NCBI GenBank assembly: GCA_037447605.1
Contig: CM074811.1
Span: 2,294,001 to 2,358,000, forward strand
DNA: 64,000 bases
Source: Zygnema circumcarinatum SAG 698-1b
Taxonomy: Eukaryota > Plantae > Zygnematophyceae
Direction: 5' to 3'
The position numbers and the translations under genes are program-made. Below, piece by piece: positions 24,040 to 35,632 of the stretch (positions are counted from its first letter, which is position 1; each line of letters starts with the position of its first letter). Below the pieces are notes generated by a model that made no database searches, was not told the DNA's origin, and saw only the letters and a list, made by a program, of their open reading frames with translations.

Positions 24040-24270
24040 TGGAAGCACGGACCATTGGATCGGCAACCACTGGACAACCATTGGATGGCAATGGTCGGAC
24101 GTTTAGTGGTTGGCAACCAGTCGAATGGTTGCCAACCATTGGCATCCACTAGTTCCTGGTTGTTTCGATCCGGCGCCAAAGGTTGGCAACCAGTCGAAGG
24201 GTTGGTCTCATGGTCCGACCTGTGCAGTGCAGTTAAGGGCAGTCCTGGGCCATCCACAGTTCCTGGTTCC
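24040..24270. repeat. Internally repeated, palindromic intergenic element
   Basis: Perfect 13-bp inverted repeat TGGTTGGCAACCA (24107-24119) / TGGTTGCCAACCA (24126-24138) with a 6-nt spacer. GGTTGGCAACCAGTCGAA recurs at 24181, and CATCCAC(T)AGTTCCTGGTT occurs twice. Confidence 0.6.
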
Positions 24271-25540
24271 TATGCAGAAAAAATATGTGGCATAGCTCTG
24301 CAGTGTTTTCAGTCCTGGAGTTAAATACCGCATGTTGAGAATTCTCGCCCCCGTTTTTCATGGACGCGGAGGAAGTAAATGAAAATCTATTACCGTATCG
24401 GAGGTTTTTTTATTACCTGCAGCAGGACAGAAGCAACACTTGACGCAGTGCAGATTGAAAGCTCGTTTTAATGCAAGCCATGAAGCCGGGGCAAGGAAGC
24501 ATGAATTGGGAGGTTAAAGTCGGCTCGGTTCCAGTACATCGCGAGATGCCAACATACACGTTTACTTCAAGGCACGTTTAGAAACGAAAGACGTGAGGTG
24601 AGGTGACGCAAGGAGGCGGGTTTTCCCCTTCACATGCCCCTGCGCCCCGCACTTGACAGTACAGCTACGGAACAACACTTTTCGCAGATATTTTCAAGCA
24701 GCGCCATAAGGCAGAAGCGCTGCGAGAAGCATCCACCTGCCACAGGTAAGAAAAGCCTATACCCTATCCTAGACAGAAAGAATAATACAAGCCCGGACCT
24801 CGAAGTGATAGAGGCAATCCTGGAGCTGCAGGCTCTAACTTTTAAGATCCATAGGCAATAATGGATCTCAAATTCAGGCAAAGGTCAAGAAAAGTTCCAT
24901 ATCTTCTATGGACCCTCGAAACCTATTACTTACTTGCAAAGGCAAATCCCCTCAAAAGGAGGAGTAGTGCAGTAATCCTCGTTCTGATTGGCTAAAAGAT
25001 TTCAGGCTTCTCTTCCATAAGTAACTTGAGTTGCTTGGAACCCTCTAAATTTCAAATGCTTGTACAAACCCTGCCCTTCTGCAGGGTTTCGTAATCCGAT
25101 GGAAACATCTAGTGGAACATATGTTGCGATGCCAAAGCTAGTCTCAACTGGCCTTTGCAATTGGTTCCGTACGAGTGTCGGACATCATCCTTTGTCTACC
25201 TGTCGGATCACAGCACCCACAACCATCTCCAGTCAGGTTCAGGGTCGTGTCAGAAGACCCTCGAGTAAGTCCTGGACAAGATGGAAGGTTAGCAAAGGGA
25301 AACTGTAGCTCATCCTCGTACTAAACAAAGCATCTTTCCTTTGCACACAGACTTAGCCAAACATCTACTAGAATGCCATCGTTCATCTTGTATGCATCTC
25401 GTCCAGAGAGAAACCTCACTCGATCAACACATTGGCAAAGGCCCTTTCCCCCGCTCTCCAAATTACAGCACCAATGCTCCTGCCCAATCTACAAAGCAGA
25501 GCTAGCCATTCACCCCATCCTTAGAAGACAAATGCAGAGA

Positions 25541-28500
25541 CTAAGCAGGGTAAACTCTCACCTTCTCCACCTCTTCAGAGACACCCGGCTGAGACTCAGA
25601 GGACACCTGCAAACCCTTCTCCCCCTCCTTTAACTGATTTGCAGCGCTCATAACCGGTTGCTCCATTGGTTTCTCCTTCGCGTCTCCTCCCTCCTCCCTC
25701 CTCGAACTTCCAGCAGATAATCGTTCCTCCCAAAAGTCTCGGTATCCAGGAATGCAGCCAGAGTTGAAGTTGCGACCATGTTCTGTCAATGTAGCTAGTC
25801 CTTTCCTCATGACCACGTCTTCATTACTACCTGACTTACCAGCCTCCTGCAACTGCTTGCCATGAGTAACGTTCAGGCATCCAAAACGTGTGTCTCCATG
25901 TTCAACTGCAGGCCCCTTTTTGTCGCCTGCTTTATCCCCAAACCAGGGCATGCTTACTGCGTGCATGCATTCGCCACCAGAGCACGTAATAACCGCATTT
26001 TCCTCCTGTTCTATCTTTTCCTGACGAACAGCAGTTGGCGGTTGTTGCTCATAATCGCTGTCTGACCTGTCCTCAGCTCCACCTGTTTTTGTGCGCCGTT
26101 CCGTTCTGCGTCCTGCTTTTGCCTTCTTCCCACATATAAGTGGACACCAAGAGGCCGCCCTAGTTGTTTGTGCTTTGTTTATCTGTCTTGATGGCGGACT
26201 TCTTGACCCTGACTTTGAGCTGTTTGGCGACCTCCTTCCTCTGCTCTTCCCTCCTGTAAATGTAAAACACGACTGAAAGAAGGGCACGCGATGCCGACCA
26301 GCTTGAGGTTTTCGGGAGGCTGAGGCAGAAACACTTTCCCGTGCGTTTTCTAAGGTTGGGAGTAGACTACTACGCCCTGCAGTTGGATTCTTGGCAGGAA
26401 CAGGACTGTCAGAGGACAGTGAGGGAAGGAACATTGGAGAAGAGTCAATTTCCGTGACATGTCCTGAGCTTCCTGACCGGAATGGTGACTTATCTATGAA
26501 AGCAAATTGTGAGGATTCGAACGAAGAATTCTTGGTCGAAACCGTCAAGGCTGGTGAAACGCTATCTAGTGGCTCCTCTCTCGGAGAAAGTAAAATTCTA
26601 ACCTTTTCTTCATCTGCACTTGAGCCATTTTCTGTTTTTGCCTTTAACTCAGCCCAGCCTTTTATGTCCCTCCATTCGTCTCCTTTCTCTTCTACTCCAT
26701 ACCCTTCCTCTGAGACGTTGCCCCCTTCAGGCCATCCACCAATCATAGAATATATAGTCTCTCCTGGAGTCTCACCTCGGTTTTCCTTCAAAATCACTTC
26801 ATTGTTCGGTTCCTCTTGTTGCTCATTTTCTTTTACTTCTCTTTCATTTTGCCTCGGACTTTGCTCACTCTCTAGAATCTCCCCGTGACTTTGCTCCTCG
26901 CCTTGCTCCCGACTTAAAACCTCACCTTCACTGGGTTTCTCAGACTGCTCTCTTGTGAGGACTTCACCGTGCTCGTTCTGAGTCACCTCATTTTGCTGTG
27001 CAAACACACCATAGGAGTTCATATCGTTACTCTTATGCTGTCCTTTTCTCCCTTCCACTGAATTGCTATCCTCTCTCTCGAAACTAAATGGCTCATCAGG
27101 ATCTATCGACTCCTCTACACCGTCCATATGTTTCAAGCCCTCATTTCCCTCATGAAGGGGCTCACTAGCTACCAATTCTTCCAAGGCATCATTGGATGCT
27201 TTTCTATCTCCGCAACCAACTTCCAGTCCCTCCAACAGTTGAACATGCTCCACCTCACCTCCAGTTCTTGCTCTGCTTCCATCCCCATCAGGCACAATCG
27301 TTTGGATGTCCACGTCATTTGCCGCCATACTCTCAACATCCTCATTAGCATTTTCACAATCTTCAACCTCCTCTGTCCTTCGAGCACCATCCTCCGAGTG
27401 CACTTGTCGCACTCGGCATTCAGTGAACTCCGTTTCATCACTTGCATGCGCTTTCCCAATTGCAGGTTCCACTCCTTCAAGGGGTACCTTACTCAGCCCC
27501 CAAAGTCCCCACAGCTCGTTCACATACTGCGGCTGCGATTCCTCCCATAGGATTCTGACAACTGCCTCCCTCATCTGCTGTATCTCTACCCGGCTCGTAT
27601 ACAGCGAGTCTCTAGGCTCATCTTGCCATATTCCTTCTTTCTCTGCCGAGGGTCGTACAGATACGGGACTGAGAGGAGGAAACATAAATTCTTGTGCTTC
27701 TTCAGGCTCTGCTGACAAAATAGGGTCCTCACTTCCTTGTGTCGACAGAAACTTCTGGCTCATTGTCTCCTGATTAGGTCTTAGGTTACCCTCGGTGACA
27801 TATGTGGAGGTGACTCCTACTGACAATGGCTCCGCAATTGACGGTACTGGATGTTCAAAGGTCACAACAGGCATAGCACTGATTGGTGTAAATGGGGAGT
27901 TTCTCCTAGTACTTAGCGACGCTTCAATCCCATCTAAGGCCGTAGACGGATGAATGATGTCATCTGGTAGAAGATTCAAGGAGCTCCGGTTTTGCTCTGC
28001 CAGAACCTCTGAGGTGGCTTCTTCCCTGGTCTCTTGAAGCAAATTTCCTTCTGTCACCTGTCTGGTAAAGATGTAAGCTAACTGATCTTCAAGTGGAAAA
28101 GCAATTGGAGGGTCCTCCGATAAGGATGGATCATAACTAGAATGGTAAAGAGGATGGTCAGACGAAATAGCGTTAGAGAGTCTTATCGGTACCTGTGGAT
28201 CCGTATAGGAGTCAGTGCAAGAATCGGGCCCAAGAGAGCCAGAATACTTGGTTTTTAATCGAGTAGAAGCTTCATTTTTCAAAACAGTGGCTGGAAAAAC
28301 TTCCAGTTCAGCGACGTTTCCTAGTGCTTGTACAGGCGGAATAGGCAGGCTTTCCGGAAGTTGCCACCTACTCTCCGTAACTGGGTCTGAAGCAGCACCG
28401 TTTTGATTGAGAGATTCTACCGCACTCTCTGCAGGGAAGGCATCTACCAATGTCGGCGGTTTCCTGGGAAATTCCCAGACTCTCCTATTCTTGGGAGCAG

Positions 28501-28711
28501 TGTCTACGTTTTTGTCAACCGATTCCTTGCGCTGTGACGCTGACTGTTCCTCACTGCTAAGCCGGCGTGGCGGAGAACTCAGAAGCCTGAAGTCCTCAAG
28601 CTGCAGCCACATTCTCTGAGGGGACTTGGAACCTCCTGCGACTTCAGGAGCCTTCAGCTTGCGTTCAGGCTTCTGCTTCTGACCACGCTTTCTCCCAGAT
28701 ACAGACAACAT
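25541..28711 (-). CDS. Large uncharacterised, Glu/Ser-rich, probably disordered protein (single exon of >1050 codons, likely spliced at 25562 to small 3' exons)
   Basis: 1056-codon ORF from ATG 28711, with a strong donor AAG|gtgaga at 25562/25561. No recognisable domain. Confidence 0.7.
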   Translation of the reverse strand: MLSVSGRKRGQKQKPERKLKAPEVAGGSKSPQRMWLQLEDFRLLSSPPRRLSSEEQSASQRKESVDKNVDTAPKNRRVWEFPRKPPTLVDAFPAESAVESLNQNGAASDPVTESRWQLPESLPIPPVQALGNVAELEVFPATVLKNEASTRLKTKYSGSLGPDSCTDSYTDPQVPIRLSNAISSDHPLYHSSYDPSLSEDPPIAFPLEDQLAYIFTRQVTEGNLLQETREEATSEVLAEQNRSSLNLLPDDIIHPSTALDGIEASLSTRRNSPFTPISAMPVVTFEHPVPSIAEPLSVGVTSTYVTEGNLRPNQETMSQKFLSTQGSEDPILSAEPEEAQEFMFPPLSPVSVRPSAEKEGIWQDEPRDSLYTSRVEIQQMREAVVRILWEESQPQYVNELWGLWGLSKVPLEGVEPAIGKAHASDETEFTECRVRQVHSEDGARRTEEVEDCENANEDVESMAANDVDIQTIVPDGDGSRARTGGEVEHVQLLEGLEVGCGDRKASNDALEELVASEPLHEGNEGLKHMDGVEESIDPDEPFSFEREDSNSVEGRKGQHKSNDMNSYGVFAQQNEVTQNEHGEVLTREQSEKPSEGEVLSREQGEEQSHGEILESEQSPRQNEREVKENEQQEEPNNEVILKENRGETPGETIYSMIGGWPEGGNVSEEGYGVEEKGDEWRDIKGWAELKAKTENGSSADEEKVRILLSPREEPLDSVSPALTVSTKNSSFESSQFAFIDKSPFRSGSSGHVTEIDSSPMFLPSLSSDSPVPAKNPTAGRSSLLPTLENARESVSASASRKPQAGRHRVPFFQSCFTFTGGKSRGRRSPNSSKSGSRSPPSRQINKAQTTRAASWCPLICGKKAKAGRRTERRTKTGGAEDRSDSDYEQQPPTAVRQEKIEQEENAVITCSGGECMHAVSMPWFGDKAGDKKGPAVEHGDTRFGCLNVTHGKQLQEAGKSGSNEDVVMRKGLATLTEHGRNFNSGCIPGYRDFWEERLSAGSSRREEGGDAKEKPMEQPVMSAANQLKEGEKGLQVSSESQPGVSEEVEKVRVYPA

Positions 28712-29704
28712 TATGACTGGAGCAGGCAGCTGACGGCCAGCTGCGGAAGGATATGCAAGTCCTTTAAGTAATGCCTGCGGAAGAGTTTTCAGGCGTGATT
28801 CTGGTAATTTTGTGAAAAGGGAAGCGAAAAAGACATGTACGGTCCAGGTATCTTAAGGAGAGTAGAAGAGATTCCAAAGCCATCCCTCAATTGTCTACGC
28901 AGCAAAATGTATGATCCAAGTGTGTCCATTCCCCTCTTCAAGCGTCTTTACCCAGCCCTTCGCTCTACAGAGACATGAAAAGATTGAAGACTGCAGTTTT
29001 TCCAAACAATGTGCCAATCCTCAAGTTTCAACGCTCCACTCGAAATGCTCTGCCGCACATGGACACGCCCAAACTCTACTTCCTCCTTCTCGAATTGCCT
29101 TACATTGCCACCAACCCTATCCGCAGCCCTGCCATCAGCTCCCGAGTTCGAAATGCCGATCGAACCCTTCCTTACTGAGTTACGGCAACCTAACAACTCC
29201 GGCCCGCAGACAGAGCCGGGCCGGGCCGGCGAGCGAGGAGTCTCCTGTTTGTGGCTGGCCGGCCGGCTGTACCGCCCGCTCGCCTGCAAGGGCCCGCCCA
29301 CCCACGCCCACCTTTCTCCCCCCCCCCGGTTGGTGCCCCTTCCCTCCCTCACCTGCACAGCCTGTACTGCTCGACAGCCATGTAATGTGATGTGATGGGA
29401 TGCGATGCGATGGGATGGGATGGGATTGGATGTGCCAAAGCTGCCATGTGTAAGTAACATGTCACTTGCCGAGCCCATCATGCCATGCCATGCCCTGCCA
29501 GATGTGACATGCGGATCACGATGGACAAGATGATGCCATGTCATACCATGCCAGTGTCGCTCTCGTACGCATACCGTTGTGCTGTACTCGTGGGAAGGTG
29601 GAGGGGCCAATTCGACGTTACCGTACCGTACGGCCGACCTCCACGGGAGTACAAATGGATCATGATCTGACGGCGCTCGCCGCGCCACGTATCGCTCTAG
29701 CTTT

Positions 29705-29883
29705 GGACCGTTGCGTGGCCCCCCGCAAAGGCCAAGTCATCATCCGTACAAGGCCGACATCCTACCGTTGAGAGCTTAAGGACACACTTCAAGGCCGTAC
29801 AAATACCGTACCGTACGGCACAGCACGGAAGGGGAAGGCCGGCGGGCTTCCCGGGGCGTCCATTTGAATTTTTTGGCGCGGGA
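29705..29883 (+). promoter_or_regulatory. Cell-cycle cis-elements upstream of NDC80: two AACGG (MSA-core) sites on the - strand plus adjacent TTTGAA (29863-29868) and TTTTGGCGCG (29871-29880)
   Basis: Motifs read directly. They match the MYB3R MSA core, the CHR/TCX hexamer and the E2F consensus, which fits a mitotic kinetochore gene. Confidence 0.5.
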
Positions 29884-30319
29884 GGGAGGGAGGGAGGGAG
29901 CTGGAAGCTGGACGGGACGCCAAGTCGTGGGCCGCCATTGACGCGCCGCCAGAGCTTCTTCCTGCAGCATTTTTTGAAAAGCAAGGTACGGTTCTGGCTC
30001 CCACACTTCGTCGCCTTTCCTTTATTTTTCTCCCTCTGTGTCATTTCTTCAGGCGCTTGTCTTGCATCTGCAAGAATACCTAGCCATCCCTGTAGTTTTC
30101 CTGATTGAGGTAGTTCCGTCAAGACTGTGCAAATAATACGCCGTCGTATTTTTCTAATATTTAGCGATGACTCAATTTTTTTGATTTTGAAACTTTCAAT
30201 GGAATACCAGTGTAATTCGTCACGTAGAAAGTCTGGATTTCTAGGCACCATAAGAAGGCCAGCAATGTGAACCATTCGGATATATCCCTGATGTAGGCGC
30301 ATGTCTTCAGGTACTAGAG

Positions 30320-33300
30320 ATGAGGCGAAACACCTTAAGTGCGCTTAGCCCTGCTCAGTTGAACAGCCGCATTGGCCTGGGTAGAGGGAACAACGACTAT
30401 GGCTCAGTCAAACGGATGGGTCCCGGGTTCGGCTTCGGATCCGCAATGAGTCGACCTATGTCTCTTGCCCCGGGAGCTCTAGATGGAACTCCATCAGCCT
30501 TGGCGAGGAGATCAAGCATATATGGCGTTGGGAAGGGACAGCAGGCGAAGAATGATCCTCGTGCTGTGAACGATAAACAGCTGCAGCAGGCTCACGTCAG
30601 AGTGCTCATTAACTATCTTTCGCAGCATGGATATGACCATCCTCTCACTCCGAAAGACCTAGCAAGTCCAACTAACAAAGAGTTTATTCACTTAGTTCAG
30701 TTTCTGTTAAGGAAAACTGACCCTAACCTGAAGATTGCTGGCAAAGTCGAAGACGAAGTACCAGTCCTCTTCAAGCAGCTTGGGTACCCGTTTCCAATAA
30801 GTAAGAGTGCATTGTACGCAGTTGGAAGCCCCCATGCGTGGCCAGCTCTGCTCGCAGCTGTCGTCTGGCTGGTGGAATTGCTTGAATATGAAGAAAAGGC
30901 CGAAGAACTCAAAGAGGAAAGTTCGTATGAAGACGAGCTCCTGGAAAAGGAATTTGACGATTATATGGAGAGAGTTTACCAGTTTTATCTTCTTGGAGAT
31001 GACGAAAATTGCTTTCTAATGGATCAACACATAAATCAACGATACCAAGACATACAACAGGAGCTGAAAACCAAATCAGAGCAACTAATGCAAGCAAACA
31101 TGATGCTCCAGGTTTGTATTTCCCTTGCACTTTACCTTACGAGTCTTATTTGAAACGTCATCCCTTTACTGGCTTTCCCTACATTTCTTACAGGTGAACC
31201 AGCCCATAGAAAATGGGAATAGACCAAAGTGCATCAAAGGATGCTCGAGAAACTTGATTCAATTTGCTGACGTTCGCATTCATAATTACCGTAATAAGCA
31301 TGGCGTAGTTCAAGTGATCACAAGTCCAACAGATTTTTTTCTGCGCTTGGTACATTTCGACTCCGGTACTCCCTGTTAGACCATTTTTTGACCATATGAG
31401 TTCCTATGGCGTGTTGATGTCAATTTGAAAAGGCTTCTAATACGCCAGAGTTCTCCTGCAGGCCGAACTAGAAGTGGTGCAGGCCGAACCTACTCCCATG
31501 CAAGTTATGGAATTGCACCTTTCGGACCATAGAAAGGACGTTGAAAGGATCAGCAGGCTCTTGGTTTACCTTAAGGACACGAAAAACGTGAGATCTCTAC
31601 CTTCTCGAAACGTTTTTTTTGAAGTGGCTGAAGAATTTTGCCGTGTTAGTTTGCTGTCTATATATATGGAAGTAAGGGAACCGAGTCAAATGAATGTGAT
31701 GTTAGCGCTAGCACAATTTTTTTTTGGGCGGTTCGGTTGGAAAAATGAAAGATGAACACCTGTATTGCTGTTAGCCATTGTTCTAAAACCATTAGCGAAA
31801 TTCAGTCCCGCACTTTTAAGCTTTTTAGTTGACACTAAAGAGATCCAGTGCGTCCAGCTCTAAGATTTGGTTTAACGTGTCTTTAAGCACCATGCTTTTT
31901 CATCGGTTTTCCCTCTTTTGGAATACGCCTGATGAACCCTGTTAACCTTCTCGTGTCTGTCTCAGCATGAGTAATCAACTCCTTGCTGATAGTTTCAACA
32001 CTGCATTTGATGCATTGATGCATGCACCCAGGATAGAGTCCCAGCTCCAATTCTGACTTCGAATTCTCAAGCATTTTCATTCCTTTGTAATTAATGTTTG
32101 TGGAGTCTTCCGTGAAAACGTTTAGAATCGTGTGCTAAGGATCAAGGTCATGTAAACCTTCATGGCTTCATTTTCACTCTTCGTCAATGCTCTGCAGACT
32201 TTGGCAGGTAAAATGGAAGAACACGAACGAGCCTTGGCTAGCACTCAGTCTGAGTTGGCTGATGTGAGGTCAGTTGTGGACACATTGAAGGAAAAGTTAG
32301 CAGTGCAGCAGATCAAACAGGCCGACATAGACCATCTGAGCCAGGAGAGAAGCAGGCTGAAGGAGAGTATTCAGTCGGTGACAACAAAACGAGAGGCGTT
32401 ACAGAAGGCATTGTGGGACCGTGAAGTCTTTGTTTCCAGAAAGTTGGAGGACGTGGAGGAAGCAGTGAGTCTTTTCCGAGCGGCGGGGCAAAGGTGAGTT
32501 GCTCAATAAGCACAAGTCTTGTAGTCTCTATCCTTTCTTTGCTCTGTTTGGGCTCACTATGACTTGATTTGGACCAACTTGAGTCGAGTGACGTACTAAT
32601 GATTTGTCTGACCCTACCACTTCTGATAGTTGAGTCCTGTTTGCGTGGAACTGGCCTACATGAAGGAAAGGTCTGTTTGAATGGGATTTTGACGAGTCAC
32701 TGCTATTTCTGGGGGAATTCCGCATAGGTTGCTGAGTGATTGGCGTGTTTTACCTACTAAATGTGATCTGAATGCTTACTTTACCTTGCTGCTTCAAATC
32801 TCTCCATTTTCCTGAGCCTACATATTCCGGTTCATGCTGTAAGCTGGAAGTTTGTCGAATTTATTTTTCAGATTGGATGCAATACCGGCAACAGCACAAC
32901 GTGCAAATGGCGTTGTGTATGATATCAACCTAAATCCTCGAGGCAGCAATCCTGAGGAGGTGTTGGGAAAAGACCTGAAGACTATTATAAAGCCCGCCTT
33001 GGTACAGTTGGACGAGAGGCTCAGCAAGCAAATAAGCGAAGTGGAGCATGAGGAGTGTACACTAAAAGAGCAATTGGCAACAAGTGAAGTTTTGAAGGCA
33101 GAGGAGCAGGCCGCGGTATTCATGATGGAAGTGGAGCTGAAACAGGTAATGAACAACGGTACTTTGAAGCATATCATCGTGCATCGTTCTCAGCGACGCT
33201 TACTCTCTGCTTTCGCGAACTGTAGCATCATGCTCTTTTTTCCCCATTTCTGCGGGGAGTTGATATCATAGTTGGAACCTGTTTGTATGAACTCATCGAA

Positions 33301-34232
33301 CGGTTTCACCCGGCATTTGGTTTAAAGATTGAAACGGCCTGATCAAAGTTTTGCTTGGTGGTGTTTCTATGCAGCTTGAGTCTGACTACAAAAGTGAAAA
33401 ACAGAAGTTCGAAGATGAATGTGCACTTTATGAACTTGAAGTTGACCGAATCACAGCTTCGATAGATAAGCTCTTCGTGAACAGCACTCGTGCGTTGCGG
33501 GAGCAGGAGGAGCGTCATGAGGTACATTTTTCTGGTCATGCCCCGACAGTGTGAACATGACTCACTGTTCGGGAGATTCAGAATTCATTTCTTGGGAGGC
33601 TACGTCATGGTCTCGATGGGTTGTCTGTCATACATGAAAACCACGCGTCTCCTACATGTTAGGACAACTTGTACTCCCGCTGACATTCTTTTCATTCTAT
33701 TACACACTGTTCACACCAGGTAGCACCTCTGTCCTCCACGTTTGATTTGTAGCTCTGTTTCTTAGGCTAAGCAGCAACTTTCAAAGGCATGACCTTGGGA
33801 GGAGAAGGGGTGTAGAGGACGAGAGAGGAAGAAAGACCGAGTTCCTGTTTGTTGAGGAAACCTTTACGAATAGTTCCTGAAGGCATGGTCCATCCAATGC
33901 ATCTGCTGTCTCTTAGCTATTGACCTGTCCCAACCTAACTCCATCAATTCGTGTTGAGGTCCTTCAAAATGCTTACCTTCAAGATCCATGAGTGTCATAC
34001 ATTTCATTCTCAACTGTGTGAATTGTGGCAGATTGCATCTGCGACCTACAAGAAGGTGGAAGAGGAATGTCATCGGGCCGCCAAAAAGCTTGAAAGTGAT
34101 GTCATGGAAGCGGCGGAGATGCTGAAGTCCCACAAGCTGTATGTGGAGCAGTCGCTGTCCGACCTGCGTTCAAAGGTCAGTCACGCGGAGAACAAGATGG
34201 ATGAAGTGATTCTTGTTAGAGTCGACTTATAA
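30320..34232 (+). CDS. NDC80: Kinetochore protein NDC80/HEC1, 611 aa. Exons: 30320-31111, 31462-31587, 32198-32493, 32872-33145, 33375-33521, 34032-34232; probable 5'UTR intron 29986-30310
   Basis: CH domain DPRAVNDKQ...EDEVPVLFKQLGYPFPISKSALYAVGSPHAWPALLAAVVWLVELL, followed by a coiled coil with a loop (LDAIPATAQRANG). Six exons are in frame (1836 nt). Confidence 0.93.
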
Positions 34233-35536
34233 TTGCTTCTTCACATCAGCAAATCGTGAGGCATTAAATATGTACATACGTCCTGGAGAGGTATAATAAA
34301 GTTAGTGGAACATGCAGCTAGAATCTGGAAGAGGCTATGCAGTCTGTAATGTAGAAGTGGAGGTGCGCTACGGCTCCTCGCACGGTTTAGCGTACTACCA
34401 AGTTCAAGCAAAGTAACCAAGTAGCATGCCAACAAGCAGAAAGGGGGAGATGGAGACAGTGGAAGAGAGCGAGAGACACATGTGGGTTGATAACTGCCGT
34501 TAGCTATCGGAGCACTTGTCCAAGGAGATGACACGGAGCATTGTCGCTTCAAATCACCTGGAGATCTGGCTTGGCGTGGCTGCCTATCGTCGGAGTTGTC
34601 TGAGCCGTCTGGGAAGCTTCTCTATTTTTACAAAGACACTGCTCCTGGATTGGCTGACTTTGTCACTTTATCGGCTGAGGAATTGGCTCCTTAGTACCCT
34701 GGTAGAGAGAAACATCTCATTGGCTCATGCAGTTGCTGCAGTACAACCACTTGGCCAAGCACCCACAGTGGTATGCACGCTTCCTTCACATATGCTTTGT
34801 CCCTTCTCCACCTACTTGTCTCTCAATGACTCAACCTCCGCCAATCATGCGCCATTGTTGCTGAGGATAGCATTCGACAATCCACACACAATTGACGGAA
34901 CTACCCATAACAGTTGGGTCAATGTGCGATTCTTTGCGAGTTCAAAACTCTGAAGATTCACAATGTAATAATAGTTCGTATGTCATACATGCGCAAGCAG
35001 CAGTCCAACGTGCCCGTCCAGTTATCTAATCTTTAGCACTGCATTGCTCGTCGTGGCTCCCAGGACCTCTGCCACCCACCAACTCGCCAGGCGTCAGCAC
35101 TCTCCCTCAGTCAAGCCTCAAGACCGGCCATTGCACTGCCCCATTTCTACGCTCCTTCCAACGTCACCTCCCGCCGTCCGCCCACTGCCGAATGGCCGTT
35201 CTGTCGCCCTCCCGTCAACGGCCAATGCTGCCGGCCGTCACTTTTGGCGCTTCATCCCCGCCAAGCCGTCGCCGGCCGGCGCCCTCTTGGCGTTGCCGAC
35301 CAGGGCCGTACACGGGGCCAAAGCCTCCACTAGACCTCCGTACGATTCGTACCATGATTGGAGGCCGTACGGCGTACGGCGGCCGTCTTGCAGCGCGGGG
35401 GGCGGCGCCTCTTACGAGCCGCCCGCCCTGCGCGCTGCGTGCAGGGGAAGGGAGGGAGGGACACGTGGCAGGTCCTGCAGGGCAGCGCAGCGCTCTTGTC
35501 AAAAGCTCTCTTTCTCTCTCTCTCTCCTGCGCCAGG

Positions 35537-35612
35537 GAGGAGGAAGAGGAGGAAGAGGAGGGGGAGGAGGGGGAGGAGGAGGAGGTGGAGGAGGAGGAGG
35601 AGGGGGAGAGGT
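35537..35612 (+). repeat. (GAG)n purine tract immediately upstream of the ATG at 35633
   Basis: Direct read. Confidence 0.85.
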
Positions 35613-35632
35613 AGGCGGGGGGGGGGGGACCA

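Noticed and set aside
29380-29560. (GATGG)n/(CCATG)n tract as RY/B3-binding sites
   Set aside because: It is a simple pentamer repeat with no clear CATGCA array, and is better explained as a microsatellite.
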